Shown: piece by piece, positions 43,296-57,454 of the stretch
Layout: each line of letters starts with the position of its first letter
Position numbering within the stretch: position 1 is the stretch's first letter
Source: Prorocentrum cordatum
Lineage: Eukaryota
Direction of reading: 5' to 3'
Length of the DNA stretch: 64,000 nt
NCBI GenBank assembly: GCA_963575745.1
Contig: CAUYUJ010000001.1
Coordinates: forward strand, 682,001-746,000
Made by a program: the position numbers and the translations under genes
The notes under the pieces: generated by a model
What the model was told of the DNA's origin: nothing
The model's input: the letters and a program-made list of their open reading frames with translations, nothing else
The model's database searches: none

Positions 43296-44670
43296 TAGTG
43301 CGAAGCAAACTCTGCTCGCGCGCGGCGCTTGATACAAATTGCAGCTGTTGGTGAATGATTGATTGGTGATGTTAGTTCTGGCTGTGATGAATGACATGGT
43401 CATGGCGTGAGGCGTGAGTGGCATGATGGATGAGAAGGCGGGGCGTAGGAGGAGATTGTTGAGGACAGGGAGGGGGGCGCCCTCCTCGCCAGCAGCAGGG
43501 GGGCATGGGCCGAATGGGGATGGTCAGTGAGTAGGGGAGCAGTGTGAAAGCAGATGGGGCGCACAGAACTCCCCTCCCCCTTCCAATCTCAGGCGACTCT
43601 CGGCGTCTCGGAAGGCCCCCCCAAGTTCGACTCTAGCTATATTTACTTGCCCGGTGCCGATCCCGCCAGACCCCTGCATCTCGCACGCCGCCTCGGCCCG
43701 AGTCTACCACGCGCCCCAGGGAGAGTGCTGGAGAGCGAGGGTAGGGAAGAGGGGAAGCGACGGAGCGGCGAAACGAGGCCGAGAGATAAGTAGTCTGGGA
43801 ATTTACGCCAGCTGCATCTTGCGGGCGCCAAGATCCGATCACGAAGCATCTTTGACATCACGCTGCCCCTATTCTCTCGCGAGGTTGCGCCATGAGTCAC
43901 CGCGCGCGCGCAGGTCTGCAGCGAGGCGCACGGATGAGCAATCGAAATGCAGTTGGCCTCAGCAGGCCGCACAGAAATTGGTCGTCAGACCGCCAGGCTC
44001 GCCCTCAGAGCCGGAGTGCCATGCTCTCCAATCCCTGGAGCGTTGCCCTCCAACTCTGGCATAGCATTATACAAAAAAGTATAATGTTGCTCGCTGGCAG
44101 GCTGGCGCTGCAGGTAAACTCGCTGCCGGCTTCAAGGTAATGTGCCCCCTGGGATGCTCCTGGAGGGTTCCCGCGGCCCTGGGCCCTTCTGAAATATCTT
44201 TGCAGACCTATATTTTGTATGCCGGCCCAATATATCCCGGCCCTTCCCTGGTGCATTCGTTTTCACATGGTACCTCATGCGCGTATGAATTTCCATGTGA
44301 GATCCATGTGGGGGCTTTTCATACGGTTCAAACCCGGTAAAAATACAGGAAATATGCATGTTCATACGGTTGTGTGGGTACCATATGATCACGAATTTTC
44401 ACACGGTAGTTCATACGGTGGTATTTTCGTCATTTGCTTCAAATATTCGTCTGTTTTCCTGATTTTTTTTGGATTTCTGCAAATTCCCTTATGGCACATT
44501 CAGCTCGCCGACATCCAGACAGATGAAGCGCTTGCGCCAGCTGAAATGTTTGCACGCACGCCTGTCAAAAACATCATGGCACCGATCCGCGGCGCAGGCA
44601 GCTGCGAAGGAGGGGGGACACAAAGGTATTATGTAGTAGGAGAGGATAGCTGCCGAAGAGAGCGGGCGAC

Positions 44671-47230
44671 CTACGCCTCCGCAGCCTGCGCGACCTTCTC
44701 GCTGGCCGCGCGCTGCTGCTTGAGCTCGAAGGAGGCCATCAGAACCTTCAGGTTCCCCTGGATGGAGTTCAAGGCCTGGCCCATACCGTTGACGGCCAAC
44801 AAGGCGGCCTCCCAGTGCTTCTCGCCGACGACGCTCTTGATCTTGGTGAACTCGGTCATGGTGCACTTGGACAGCAGGCTGTTGTCCATGACCTTCGCGG
44901 ACAGCTCGTCCATCTTCTGCTTCAGGGCGATCAGGTCCTCGTCGGCCTTGAAGCTCGCCCACAGGCCGCCAGCCTCGGTCGACATGATGATCTGGCGGGC
45001 CTGCTGCACGAGCTGGCTGTACTGAAACAGGGTCTTCTTTGCGGAGGCCACCGCCATCTTCTCACGCTCGACTGGGTCTTGGGCCTTCTTGGCAGCCTCC
45101 TCAGCCTTCTGCCTCTCCTTCTCAGCCTTCTGCCTCTCCCGCTCGGCCTTCTGCTTCTCCTTATCGGCCTTCTTCTTGGCCTTCTCCTCCTCCGCGGCGG
45201 CGGCTGCGGCCGTCTTACCACCACCGCTCTCGGCAGCGGTGCCCGCTCCTCCCCTCTTCTTGCGCTTGCCCAGCTCCTGCGGGGCAGTGGCGGCCTCGGT
45301 GCCCGCGTTGCCCTGGCCGTCCGCGGGCTGCCCGCTCTGCTGGCCAGCTCCCTGTTGCTTCCCAGAAATGCGCCTGCGCTTTGCCTCGCTGTCCTCCGCG
45401 GAGGTCTCCTTACTGGGAGCTGCCCACACAGTATGCGTCAACGATGTTTCGTCCTAATGCTCTCTATGCGTAAACGATGTTTCGAGAACTGTTTTTGTTG
45501 CGGGGTGGTGCAAGCTTCTCGAGGATATCCAGGGGGCAAATTATGTAGGATTATAAAATTCACCCTTGGCTCCGCTTTCAGCTCGCGCTTCGGGGGCTGC
45601 TCATCGTCCTTCATGGACCACTCCGTGTGCATCTGCCAAGCCTCCGTGAAGACGCGCGAGAAGCCCTCAGCTCCGATGGGGTGCGCGAAACTCTGCTAGA
45701 TCACACTGGCACAGGGGATCTTGGGTGAAGCGTGGCGGACAGCGGCCAGGGGCGATTCGGGAAACGGCGAGGGCCATCGAAGTGCGAAGCAGACGCAAGA
45801 GGGCGAACGTAGCAAGGGAGAAAGAATTGGGATGGCCTGCCGATCCCTTCTACCACCCCGATCTGCTACCCACCCACCGCCTTTGGTTTCCCACCTAGGA
45901 GAAAAAACAGCCCATAAAAAATCCAGACTGCCGCGCAGTCTGGATTCTTAGGGGCTCTGTCGGCCGACACTCTGAGCGATCGATCGGAGATGTGGCAAAA
46001 CAGATCTAGGGCCGCTGCGATCTCGATGTGCAAACCTCTCAGCGCCTCCGTCATCGGATCGTACATGATCCACGGCGGCCCGAGCTGCATGCACTTGGCG
46101 AACATCGTCACAGCCTCAGGCTGAGGCGCGCTCCGCCAGACCCCTACCCCCGATCGCGAACTCATACGCAAACTCATACGCGTATGAGTTCGCGTATGAG
46201 TTTGGTGATCGCCAGCTCTCATCCAGCTATTTCCTCAGCTCGATCGGTATCATCGTCCTCAGCCTCGTCCTTCCTCGTATCCCCTCCCTCCTTCAGCTCC
46301 TCTCCAACTTTCCCCTCCTCGTCCGCTCTCCCGCTTGCCCTTCCACCATCCCATCATCCCCCTCTAACTCGTGCTCCTCATGCAACGCCTGGCGCCATCC
46401 AAGGGCGCCTCCGCCCAACTTGTGGGCGATGCGGGCCAGGGGCAAATACTTGCCCTGCGTCCACTCGGACCTCTTGAGCTCACGTACGTGCTTCGCGCCC
46501 TCCTGGGAGCGGAGTTAGCTATGCTTTGTGCATGCTCGTTCCCACCCGCCGCCGACCGCACTCCTCCTCCTCCCCGATCCCTCCCACGTCCTCCTCTGCC
46601 CTATCTTCCCCCCCCGCTCATCCTCCCTTACTCCTCCAGCCTCTCTTTCCCATACCTCGTCATTGGATGGTTTTTGTTTTCCTCTTTCATCTGTTCCTGG
46701 TCATCCCCCCCCGCCACCCCGCTCCGCGGCCCGTCCTTCGCCTGGTCGTACTTCTTCTTTGCCCAGTCCTCCCTGAACTGCTTCTTGCGAAGGTTCTTTT
46801 TCTCACCTGTTATGCTGTTGTACTTCGCCCTCATCTCACCATCGGACTCCATGGCGCGAGCCCAGCGCCCTGCAATGGCGCCTTGCCGGCTGTCCGTCGG
46901 AACTTTGAATGCATTGTCAGCGACGCCTTTCCAGAAATCGAGCTCCTGGGCGAGCGTGCCCTTGCCCTTCCCAGCCGACTCGTCGCCGTCGTCCGCGATC
47001 CTCTCCTGCTCGGCCTGTTTCTTCTGATCGTCGGACAGCGGGAGGCCCCACTTCGCGGGCGAGTACAAATGCCCTTCAGGCGAAATGTCCTGGGCCAGGT
47101 CTTGCATTGTTCTGTCGACGTTGCTGTGCCCCTTGCTCGTCATCAGGGCGAAGAAGGACGGGTCGCGGTAGATGTTGTTGAAAATGTTGTCAACCTCCAT
47201 TTCGTCGATGGGGCCCTTGGAGCTCAACAT
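44671..47230 (-). CDS. Multi-exon hypothetical cargo protein, coiled-coil and Lys-rich
   Basis: Coding-like blocks at about 47230-46740 (MLSSKGPIDEMEVDN...KKKYDQAK), 46120-46020 (FAKCMQLGPPWIMYDPMT), 45690-45610 and 45430-44671, separated by simple-repeat introns. Exact junctions unresolved. Confidence 0.5.
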
Positions 47231-47901
47231 CTCCTTTAGACGAGCTGTTATCAACTCTCTCTATATATATGCATGCATCACCGCTCGTACCCGCTTGCTT
47301 AATTCCTCCTCCTCATCCGCTTCCTCCTCATCCCTCTCAGATTGTCCCCCTACATTTCCTCTCTTCCCTCCTCACTCTTCCTCCTCCCCTCCCTCCTCCC
47401 TCCTCTCTCCGCCTCTCCCCTCCTCTCCCGCCTCGCTTCCCCTCCCCCTGTCTCCCCCTCCTCCTTTTCCTCCCGTGCGCTTCCCGCCTCCGATGGGGGC
47501 CTGCGGAATATGCATTGGACGGGGGGGTGCATCGAACCGGTTCTCGGGGATGCAAGGGCTCCTCGCAGCCGATTGGGCTCAGGGCGAGGATGCAAAGCTG
47601 CCAGGGGGAGGGTTTGCTGGGCGAGCCGCGAATGAGAAGAAGGCGAGGGATAGTCAGCGACTAGCCTGGGCGGATGAGGATAAGGAGGAGGGGGGCGAGG
47701 AGGACGAGGACGGAATGGAATAGTTGGATGAATTCTGAAATTGCGAATGAGCTCCGATGGGCAACGCACCCATTTTCCGAGCCGCGCCCAAATGTGGCGG
47801 AATGGATGGGCACCGACAGCCAAAAAACTTCATACCGTTTTCGAGCTTGGGAAACCGAGGAGGCGATTGTTTCATCGGCGCTGCAGCGCGGCCGATGCAC
47901 A

Positions 47902-50597
47902 TCACCAGAACATGTCGGGCGGGATAGCCCCCGCGGAAATGCGGCCGTCGGGCTCGGCCATCTCCTGGGTCGCCGGCTGGGGCGGCGTCCTCTCGAGGTT
48001 CGCGTTCTTGATCGTGTTCTTCTTGGGCGACTGCTCGCGGCGGAGTTTCTTCTCGGCCTCCTCGCCACAGGCTGCCGCGGGCCTCTTCACCATGGGCCCC
48101 TCGAGGGTTGCGGTCACCGCTGCTGCTGGCCTCTTCATCACTGGCACTGTGGGCTCCTCCTCCTCCTCCTCGTCCTCCTCGAGCGGCGTGGGCTCGGTCT
48201 TCCCTGCTGGCTTCCTCTGCACGGGCTCCGTGGGTTCCTCTTCGGGCTGTTCCCCTTCTTGCTCCTCCTCCTCCTCGCTATCCTCGGCCTCGTCGGCGTC
48301 TTCGCCCTCCTCCTCGCCACTGCCGCCATCGTGGTTGGAGCCGACGCTCTTCTCATCAGTGTCGTCGTCGTCGACCTTCGTCTTGACTTTGCTCTTTGTT
48401 TTTTTTTTTTTTTTGCTGTGCCCTTTGCTTTGGCTTTGCCCTTTGCTTTCGGCTTCGGCGCGTGGTACTCGAGCCACTCTGCTTTCTTCTGCTCGATGCC
48501 CGTCTTGTCCATCTTGCCACTCGCGTAGTTCTGGATGAGGCCGATCAAGCACGTCTTGGCCATGTCCAGCTTCTCGGGCGGGATGCCTGTCATCTGGATC
48601 AGCTGCTCGCGTGGGCCCTTCGTCGCCTGCAGCCAGGTCACGTCGTTCTTCTTCACCAACTTCACCTGGATCTCCTTGTACTCGTCGGGCACCGGCTGCC
48701 TGAAGAAGATGTTCGTGTTGGCCTTGCCCTCGTCCAATATCTCAGCGTCGACTCCAGGAATACGCCACACTAGCCCATCAGGAAAGGTCGCCTCAAGATG
48801 ATCTCGGACGCGCGCGGGCCTCTGGAATTCAGGCAGCTGCGCCATCTTCTTGTCCTCGCTCATCTTGAAGCGCCAAGCTGCCTGAGGTCGCACCCCAAAA
48901 CGAGGTTGCGGGCGGGGGGGGAGGAGGAAAAGGAGGAGGAAGGAGGAGGAGAGGAGGAGGAGAGGAGGGAGGAGGAGGAGGAGGGCGGAGGAGGAGGGGA
49001 GGAGGAGGAGGAGGAGGAGGAGGAGGAGGAGAGGAGGAGGAGGGAGAGGAGGAAGGAGGAGGGAGGAGGGAGGAGGGGGGGAGGAGGAGGAGGAGGAGGA
49101 GGAGGAGGAGGAGGGAGGAGGAGGAGGAGGAGGAGGAGGAGAGGAGGAAGGAGGGGGGGAGGAGAAGGGGGAGGAGAGGGGGGATTGGGGAGGGTGGCGG
49201 GAGGGAGAGGGCGGGGGGAAGCCCCCCCCCATGCCGTCCCTCGTCCTCCCCCTGCCCCCCCTCTTCCATATCCCTGATTGTCTTTCGAACTTCTCTTTTC
49301 CACCCTCTCCCCCCCTCCTCCTAATCGCAATTCATTTGTTCGGTCCCCCTGCCCTCCCTCACCTCCGCTCCCCCCGCTTCCCTCGCCTTTCGCCCCCTGT
49401 TGACCTTCGTCACGTCGTTCCAGCCCAGCGCCCAGCCGCCCTTCTCCTCGAGCACCTTGAGGTCGCCCAGCTGCCACGCCGCGGGTCTCAACTTCATCGG
49501 GGCAGCACGTGCCGCAGCTGGCCGACGAAGAATCTTGAGCGTGGCGGCGTCATCGTCGTCGTCCGCGTCGTCGCCCACCTCGTCGTCGGGGGCGTCCTCG
49601 TCCTACGGTCGAGGGGCGGGGGTGGGGGCCTGAACCCCCGGCTCTTGTAGGGCGGGCACGGGCGAATGAGACTTGATCACCAGATAAGGCGAGGAAGAGA
49701 TAGGAAGAGGAGCAGGAGGAGGAGGAGGAGGAGGAGAAGGAGCAGGACGAGGAGAAGGAATGGAATTGGGAGGGGGTGGTAATGACGATATCCGACGTCC
49801 TCCTGCCAGGGCTCCTCGGACTCAGTAAGAAACTGCCTCGCCCACTTTCGCTTCCTCGGAGGGGGGCGGGGCCAGAGTCTTAGGCTCTGATGCGAGAGGG
49901 GAGGGGAGGTTCGAACCGATGGCGGCCATCGCGCTCGGCGACACCAAGACACAAAGGCTCGCGCCACGTCCGACCCCCCCTCCCCGCGAAGTGTCATGTG
50001 GTTTTGTTTCGCCCCGCGGTTCTTGAGGATGCCCTGATTCACGTGTCGGATCATGTTCCTCAGGTTTTTGCTCGCATCGGTCACCCAAGACTCCGCTTCC
50101 TTGGCGAGGCGCCACCGCTTCTCGTTCTTTTCCACCACGATCTGCGCCGCTTCCTGGGAACGCAGCTGGGGGGCCCCCCACGCTTGGACGCGCGTGGCCC
50201 CCATCTCCGCGGGCCCCCTGCACCCCAGACCGAATTAAGGGCCCCCCCCATGTTGGCCCACCTCTATCCTTGGCCAGGTTTTTGTTCAGCCCGATCTCGC
50301 GGGCCAGCAGGACGGACCGAGTGTCTTTGATCAAGTCCTTGTAATCTTCCAGACGGTCATGGTCCAACTTTGATTTGTGCAGCCACTCCGTGGAATATTG
50401 GAGGTCTTCAGCCTCGGGGCCCAGGGACCAGGATGAGGACGAGGATGTGGAGGAGGTGGGGCGAGGTGGAGCGAGGCGGAGCGAGGACTCCGATGCGGGC
50501 GATCTCTGGGGGAACGAGCCTCCTGTATGTGGAAGCACCACGCCTTGGCGAGGTCCCTCGCGGCCGCCGTGGCGAGGGCCTTCTCGGCCGCGGCCAT
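47902..50597 (-). CDS. Multi-exon hypothetical cargo protein with Lys-rich/acidic tail and KRPAA repeats
   Basis: Blocks MAAAEKALATAAARDLAKAW, DLQYSTEWLHK, NLRNMIRHVNQG, LKILRRPAA and MSEDKKMAQLPEF...KAKGKAKAK; a frameshift in the A run near 48400-48413 leads into VMKRPAAA...DMFW. Confidence 0.5.
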
Positions 50598-50674
50598 GCG
50601 CCGCCGCCCGATCCACGTCCGAGCCGTCGGCTCACTCGAAGCCACGCGGCGTCGAGAAGAGACGGGTATAGAGC

Positions 50675-50742
<68 letters not shown>

Positions 50743-51048
50743 ACAAAAACAACATAGAGGGGGAGATAGCGAGAAAGAACGAGGAGCGATACATATTGGG
50801 GGAAGGATTGGTCAGAAGAGTTGGAGGTTGCCCTCCTTTGCCCCCTGGCCCTCTCCCTCCCCCCCATCTTCTCTCCTCCTCCTTCCTCTACCGAGTTCTT
50901 CTTCTGCTGGTCCATCTCTCTCGTGCCCCTCCCGACCTAGCCCCCGTTCTCCTCCCCTCCTCCACCTCCTCCTGCACGGCGACATCGAGATAGGTGTGGG
51001 GGCCACCCGTCAAGTGCAGAATGCCTCAATATCAGAAGAAAGAAAAAA

Positions 51049-52897
51049 TCAAGCAAACGTCTCCTCGACCCGCTTGAAGAGCTTGCCCGCGGCCTGCACC
51101 GTCTTCTTGCGGCTCTTCGGCGGAGTGATTGGGCCAGCGCCACCTGCGGGATCATCGTCGCTCTCCTCCTCAGTGTCTCCTCCTCCTACTCCCTCCGCTT
51201 CACCTCCCCTCCTACTCTTCCTCAGCTTGCTCCTGCTCCTGCTACCCTTTCTCTTCCTCCTCATCTCCCGGTTCCTCCCATCTTCTCCTCCAGTTAGTCT
51301 CATCGGCTCCCCTTGGATCCCAACCCCTTGCTGCAAGGGGAGGCGGAGATGTCCTCGCCCTCAGGGGGGGGGGGCGGGGCAGCGTGGACTGGAGCTACCT
51401 CCTACCAATCGGCTTAGCCAACTCCCACGCACGAGGTAAAATCACACGCAAACTCATACGCGTATGAGTTTGCGTGTGAGTTTGCGTGTGAGCACATTTT
51501 GGGTGATCAGCTATGGCGCCGCCCAGCTTCATCCCCATCTCTCGCTGAGCCCCCCGCGCCGATCACGAGACATCAAATTCCATCCTTCCTTACTCAGTCG
51601 TCGTCGTCGTCGATGTCATCGAGGTCGTCGTCATCGCCATCACAGTCATCATCGTCGTCATCGCTATCAGCAGCTGAAGCCCCGGCATCAGCATCGTCAA
51701 AATCTCTACCTATTTGACCCCCCCCCGTTGGCCACCTTCGTCGGCTGCCTGAGTCTGCCCGCTCGCTGGTGTTCCGCTCGCCGATGCCGATGCCCCACTC
51801 GCCGATGTTGCTGCCCCCGCGGCCGCGTCAGCTGCGTGGTCTGGTGGGCAGCGCGCGCTTGAAGCCGCAGCCAGCGGATGCCCAGGAGAAGGCGGTGACC
51901 TTCCTGTGCGCCGCGCCGCGTCGATCTCCAACTGAGCCCTGGACTCCCTCAAGACCTTCTGAAGAGGCTCATCGTCGGACGAGTCCTCGTCGATACTCCG
52001 CTTCTTGTCCTGGATGATTCTCGCCCTGGACTGCTTGATGCCCTCCTCCAACATGTCCCGCTCCTTCTTCTGCCTGCGCGCCTGGTCCTCCTTCAGCGTG
52101 CACTCTGACAGCGCCAGCGCTTTCTTCACCTCATCGAGCCTCTCCTGCTGGGACTCCGTCGGTTGCGATCTCATCAGGCCGAAGTGATCAGCAGTCGCTT
52201 GCCCGAAGCCGCCCTCAAAGTGGTCGAGGGTCGCCACGCCTTCGAACACCTCCTCAAACGCCTGCTGCACGAATGAGTCGCCAAGGCCCTTAGCGATGAT
52301 CGCATCGTCGATGTCGTCGGAACCCTCCGCGGCGTTGCCCTCGGCCTTGGAGTCGCCCTTGCCCTTGTCGACCGCGGCGTCGACCGCGGCGACGCCCTTG
52401 TTCAGCTCCCCGCCCTCGCCCTCGAGAACTTCGACGATCTCGGAAACTTCCTCAGCTGCTGCTGCAGAGGCTGCTGGTGCTCCTGCCGCGCCGTACGGCA
52501 ATGTCTCCGGCTCCTCTACCGTGCTCGGCGCAGCGTCCTTCTCGGCCAGCATCCTCTCGGCTGCCTCCGCGCCCTCCTCGCGCGCGGACGGCGCTTCCTT
52601 GGCGGATGCTGGCGCGGCGTCGTCTACCTCCGTGGTTGACTCGTCGAGCTCCGACGCGTCCTCACAGGCGGTCCTCTGGGTCGCGGGCCCCTCCACCTGC
52701 GTCTCCGCGGAGCCGCGGCCCGCCGCCTTCTCCCACTCCTTCGGGTCCACCCTGCCGTCGTAGCTGCTGCCGACGCTCGCCGCGGCCGAGCTCATAGCGC
52801 GATAGCGACCTGCCTGCGGTCGACAGCCGAGCCTCCTGCCCAGCGGGGTGTTCCAGTACTTCGCGGGAACCCCGTTGCCCCTGATGGGCGGTGCCAT
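51049..52897 (-). CDS. Acidic, low-complexity hypothetical cargo protein; SL relic 1 nt upstream of ATG
   Basis: 395-aa ORF 52897-51710, with a possible last exon at about 51200-51049; GCCGTTCTGGCTCAAG-C-ATG at the start. Confidence 0.55.
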
Positions 52898-53491
52898 GCT
52901 TGAGCCAGAACGGCGCGGGGCGAAAGCCGCAGCGAGGCAAAGGCATCGACCTTCTAAGCTTTCGGAGGATAGCCACCGCGGGTGCCTGGCCCGACATACA
53001 AGTGACGAGTATTGCGGGACGATCGGTCACGTGCTTCATATGACCAAGGCGCCAGGGTAATCTGCCCCCGCGGACGCCTGCCCCCCTGGACCCTGGTGTT
53101 TAAAAAACAGCATGTGCAAACATGCGTATACCATCATAAGTCGTGTTATCACCACGAATCACAAGCCATATCATCATCCATAATTATGTGTACACTGACG
53201 AAGGATATGTGCATAGTTGTGTGCGTGCATATACGAGTGTAAACGTATTTATATATGTTCATTGCCACTGCATACGGTTAGAATGTGAAATACATGTGAT
53301 ATATTGCATATGGCATGTGATGGTGATGATAATGATCATGGTGATATGGTTTATGATGTTTTTGATGGTTGAGCCAACTTCAGTGGATCAATCTTTGATG
53401 TTGCGGATCAACATCGCACTGCGTGCCATCTTAACATACATTGACGGATCAATTCTGCCCTAAGAAGTCATCAACATCAGCGAACCGACCG

Positions 53492-53525
53492 CGGATCAAT
53501 TTTGTTGATCCGTCCACCCTCTGGG
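53492..53525 (-). repeat. Right TIR of element 1
   Basis: Reverse complement is CCCAGAGGGTGGACGGATCAACAAAATTGATCCG; followed by TA. Confidence 0.9.
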
Positions 53526-56134
53526 TACTACCCACAGGGTCGGCGCGACCAATGATCAGTCGCATTTTTTAAGAGAAATTTCGAAATCCGCGCCGGGCAA
53601 GATCGCTTGACGGCCGGGAAACTTTGCCGCCCGCGGGGAGGATCGCCACGTCGTTTAAATGCGCATAGATAGTTCACATATGAACGCTTACATACAATCG
53701 ATTCAATCATGTGCTAAGCGTATACATTTAGTTACATATATATGTGTATGATATATGTATATGCGTATGTATATGTATATGTAAATGTATATGTACATGT
53801 GTATGTATACGTATACGTATTTGTAGAGTTGTATGTATATGTGTATGTATTGTTTTAGGTAGATGTCGCGTTGTGTATCTATGTATATATAGATGTATAT
53901 ATACACCCTGTGGTCCAACAGAGTCGCCCTCTGATCCTGCGCGTGTACAAACACTACGTGGGGAGGTTAGCCCTGGTCGCGCTCTCGGGTTTGCGAGGAG
54001 TTTGATACTCATATCGTACAATTGCAGCAGGGACTGGTCGGGTCGGCGGAGGTTCCAACCCAGCCAAGTGCGAAAACAAATTGCAGCGTTCCTGGTCCTC
54101 CTCGTCGTCGTCCTCCTCCTCCTCGTCCTCCTCCTCTTCCTCGTCAACATCCTTATCATTATCCTTATTTCCTCCTTTCCCCCCCTGCTCCATCTTCCTT
54201 CCTCCCGCGTTATAAGCATCCCTCATCCTCCTCCTCCTGCTCCTTTTCCTCCTCCTCTTCCGCCTCTTCCTCCTCCTCCTCCTTCTTCACCTTATCATCA
54301 TCATCCATCTCCTCCTCCTCCGCCTCCCCCTCCTCCATCCTCCCTCCTCCTGCCTCCTCATACTCCTCCCTCTCTCCTCCTCTATCCCCCTACTCCCTCT
54401 TCCCCCCCCCCTCATTATGATTACATCCTCTCTCCTTCTCCTCCTCCTCCTCCTCCTCTTCCTCCTCTTCCCCCCCTTCCTCCTCCTCGTCCTCTTCCTC
54501 TCCCCCCTCCTTCTTCTCTGCCTTCCTCCTTTATCCTCATTTTCCTCCTCCTCCTCCTCCTCCTCCTCCGTCTCCTCCTCCTCCTCCGCCTCCTCCTCCT
54601 CCGCCTCCTCCTCTTACTCCGCCTCCTCCTCCTCCTCTTCCTCCTCCCCCTCCTTATCTTCCCCCTCCTCCTCCTTCTCCTCTTTATCCTCCTCCCGTTC
54701 CTCCTCCTCCTGCTCCTCCTCCGTTTCATCATATCCCTTTTCTTCCTCCGCCTCCTCCTCCTCCTCCTCCTCATCCACCCTCCTCATCCCGCCATCTCTT
54801 TGAGGGGGGGGCCCCTGATGTGGAATGTTCCAGGACGAGCCCCTGGACTTCTTCCAGAAGACCGCAGGCCCTCGCAAGGGCCCAGTCCACAGCTCGAGGA
54901 GGAATCCCCGCACATGTGCACACGCAGGCAGCGCGCGCAACATTTCAACCGAATCGAGCGCGTCAAATTAAACGTGCCTCAGACGCCGCGCAGGCGCGCG
55001 ACCCCTGACCCCTTAGAGTAGGGTCGTGCAGGACACATCGTCCTTCCCATCCTCTCTCTCTCTCTTCCTCCTCCTCCTCCTCCTCCTCCTCCTCCTCCTC
55101 CTCCTCCTCCTCCTCCTCCCCCTCGTCCTCCTCCTCATCATCATCCTCCTCCCCCTCCTTTTCCTCTTCCTCCTCCTCGTCCTCCTCCTCCTCCTCTTCC
55201 TCCTCCTCCTCCCCCTCTTCTTCCGCCTCCTCCTCGTCCCCCTCCTCCTCCTCCTCCTCCTCCTCCTCCGCTTCCGCTCCCTCCTCCTCATCATCCTTCT
55301 CCTCCTCCTCCTCTTCCTCCCCCTCATCTTCCTCCCCCTCCTCCTCCTCCTCCTCCTCCTCCTCCTCCTCCTCCTCCTCCTCTTCCTCCTCCCCCCCCCC
55401 CCAATCCCGCCATCCCTCCGAGGGGGGACGCCCTGATCCTGGGATGTTCCAGGACGGGCCCCTGGACTTCTTCCAAGAAACCGCAGGCTTTCGCAAGCCC
55501 CCTGTCGGCCGCTAGCTCGCAATATGCTCGGGCTGTTGCGTTCGAGGATGTATTTCCCCGAGACCTCCCTCCTCTGTCCTGAGACGCGCCCCCTCTCCCC
55601 CCCTCACCCTCCTCCTCCTCCTCCGCCTCCTCCTCCTCCTCTTCCTCCTCCTCCTTCTCCGTAAAATCCTTAAGACGCGAGCATCAATCATCCAGCTACA
55701 TGTGTATAGCTGTGAGCGCCGCGTGGTCATGCAGGGTCACGGCAGCCCCAGCTCGGCGGCCGAACGGGGGGGGAAGGAGCGGGGGAGAGAAGGACGAGGA
55801 AGCAAGTGGTAGAGAGAGGATCCGACGGCCGAATGCAGCGAGGGGGCAGGCATACCAGGACGCAATATAGGATGCGCAACCCCGTTGCACTTGACATCGG
55901 ATGGCCCGGCGAGGCGGTCAAGGGATGAGACCGCCCTCCAGCCACCCCACCTCTCGCAGCCCGTCTTCGTCGCCGCCCTCGGCCTCCTCCCAATCCTATT
56001 ATTTCTCTTCCTCGCGATCCTCAGTTGTCCCGCCCCTCATCCTTCTGCCACCTCCTTCGTCATTCGGCCTTGCCCTCCCACCTCCTCCATCATTGGCACC
56101 TCCCTCCTGCTCTCTCCCCTGTCCATCGTATCAC

Positions 56135-56540
<406 letters not shown>

Positions 56541-56839
56541 GCACCAGACTCCCTATCAGAGGATCCGCATCCTCACGTCGAACAACATGAACACATGATA
56601 AATAATACGTCGAGCACGTGTGGCTCGTCCCGAGTCGCAGCCGACCACCGAGATCAAACGTTTTTTGGATCAGGCCTGGCACCAGGATCTGGCTGATTCC
56701 GCGCTCAATGAATAAAAGCGTGAGGCGAAGCCGTCCAGCGCAACAGGTGAGAGCAAGGACATGTATGGCAAGCGGCGGCTTAGTCACCGTATCCTCTCCT
56801 CATCTTGCCCCGTCGCCGCCATCCCCCCGCGTCGAGCCG

Positions 56840-57358
56840 TCACCGCTTGCCGTTGTAAGTGCAGGCAATCACGAGGCCAACTGTTGGAAGCGCCATTGCG
56901 TTCCCAGACGCTCGCATTGCCGCCCTGACGGTTGGAATATTGTCCAGGATGTCGTCAGGCAGCCCGAGCAAACGAAAGCGCTCAAGCCTCGTGAGAAAAC
57001 GTTTGTACAGCGGTGGGTGCGCTGCCTCAATCCAAATGTGCTGATTCTTACATGTGAGGCAAGGCACGATCTCATCCATTCTCATGTAAACTGGCCTCAC
57101 CTTGCCTGGGCTCCTACACAAATCGAAAACGGCGATGCCGTCGAACGAGTGCTGCTGGCGGTACTCGACCATGCGCTCACGGTAGTATTGCAAGTTTGCC
57201 GCCTAGCAAACGCAGCGGGGGTCGGTTCCGCTCTCCCCCCGCCCGCACTTCACCCTTTCCTCGCCTCCCCCTTCCTCCTCCTTCCCTATCTCTCTCCCTC
57301 TCTCTTTCGATTTCTCGTCCCCCTTCCCTCCCTTCCCCCACTCTCGGTTGTGTTTGTT

Positions 57359-57397
<39 letters not shown>

Positions 57398-57406
57398 TCT
57401 CTTTTT

Positions 57407-57454
<48 letters not shown>

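Noticed and set aside
48864..48885. SL-like TTGGCGCTTCAAG before MSEDKK
   Set aside because: Match too weak, and the block is more likely an internal exon.
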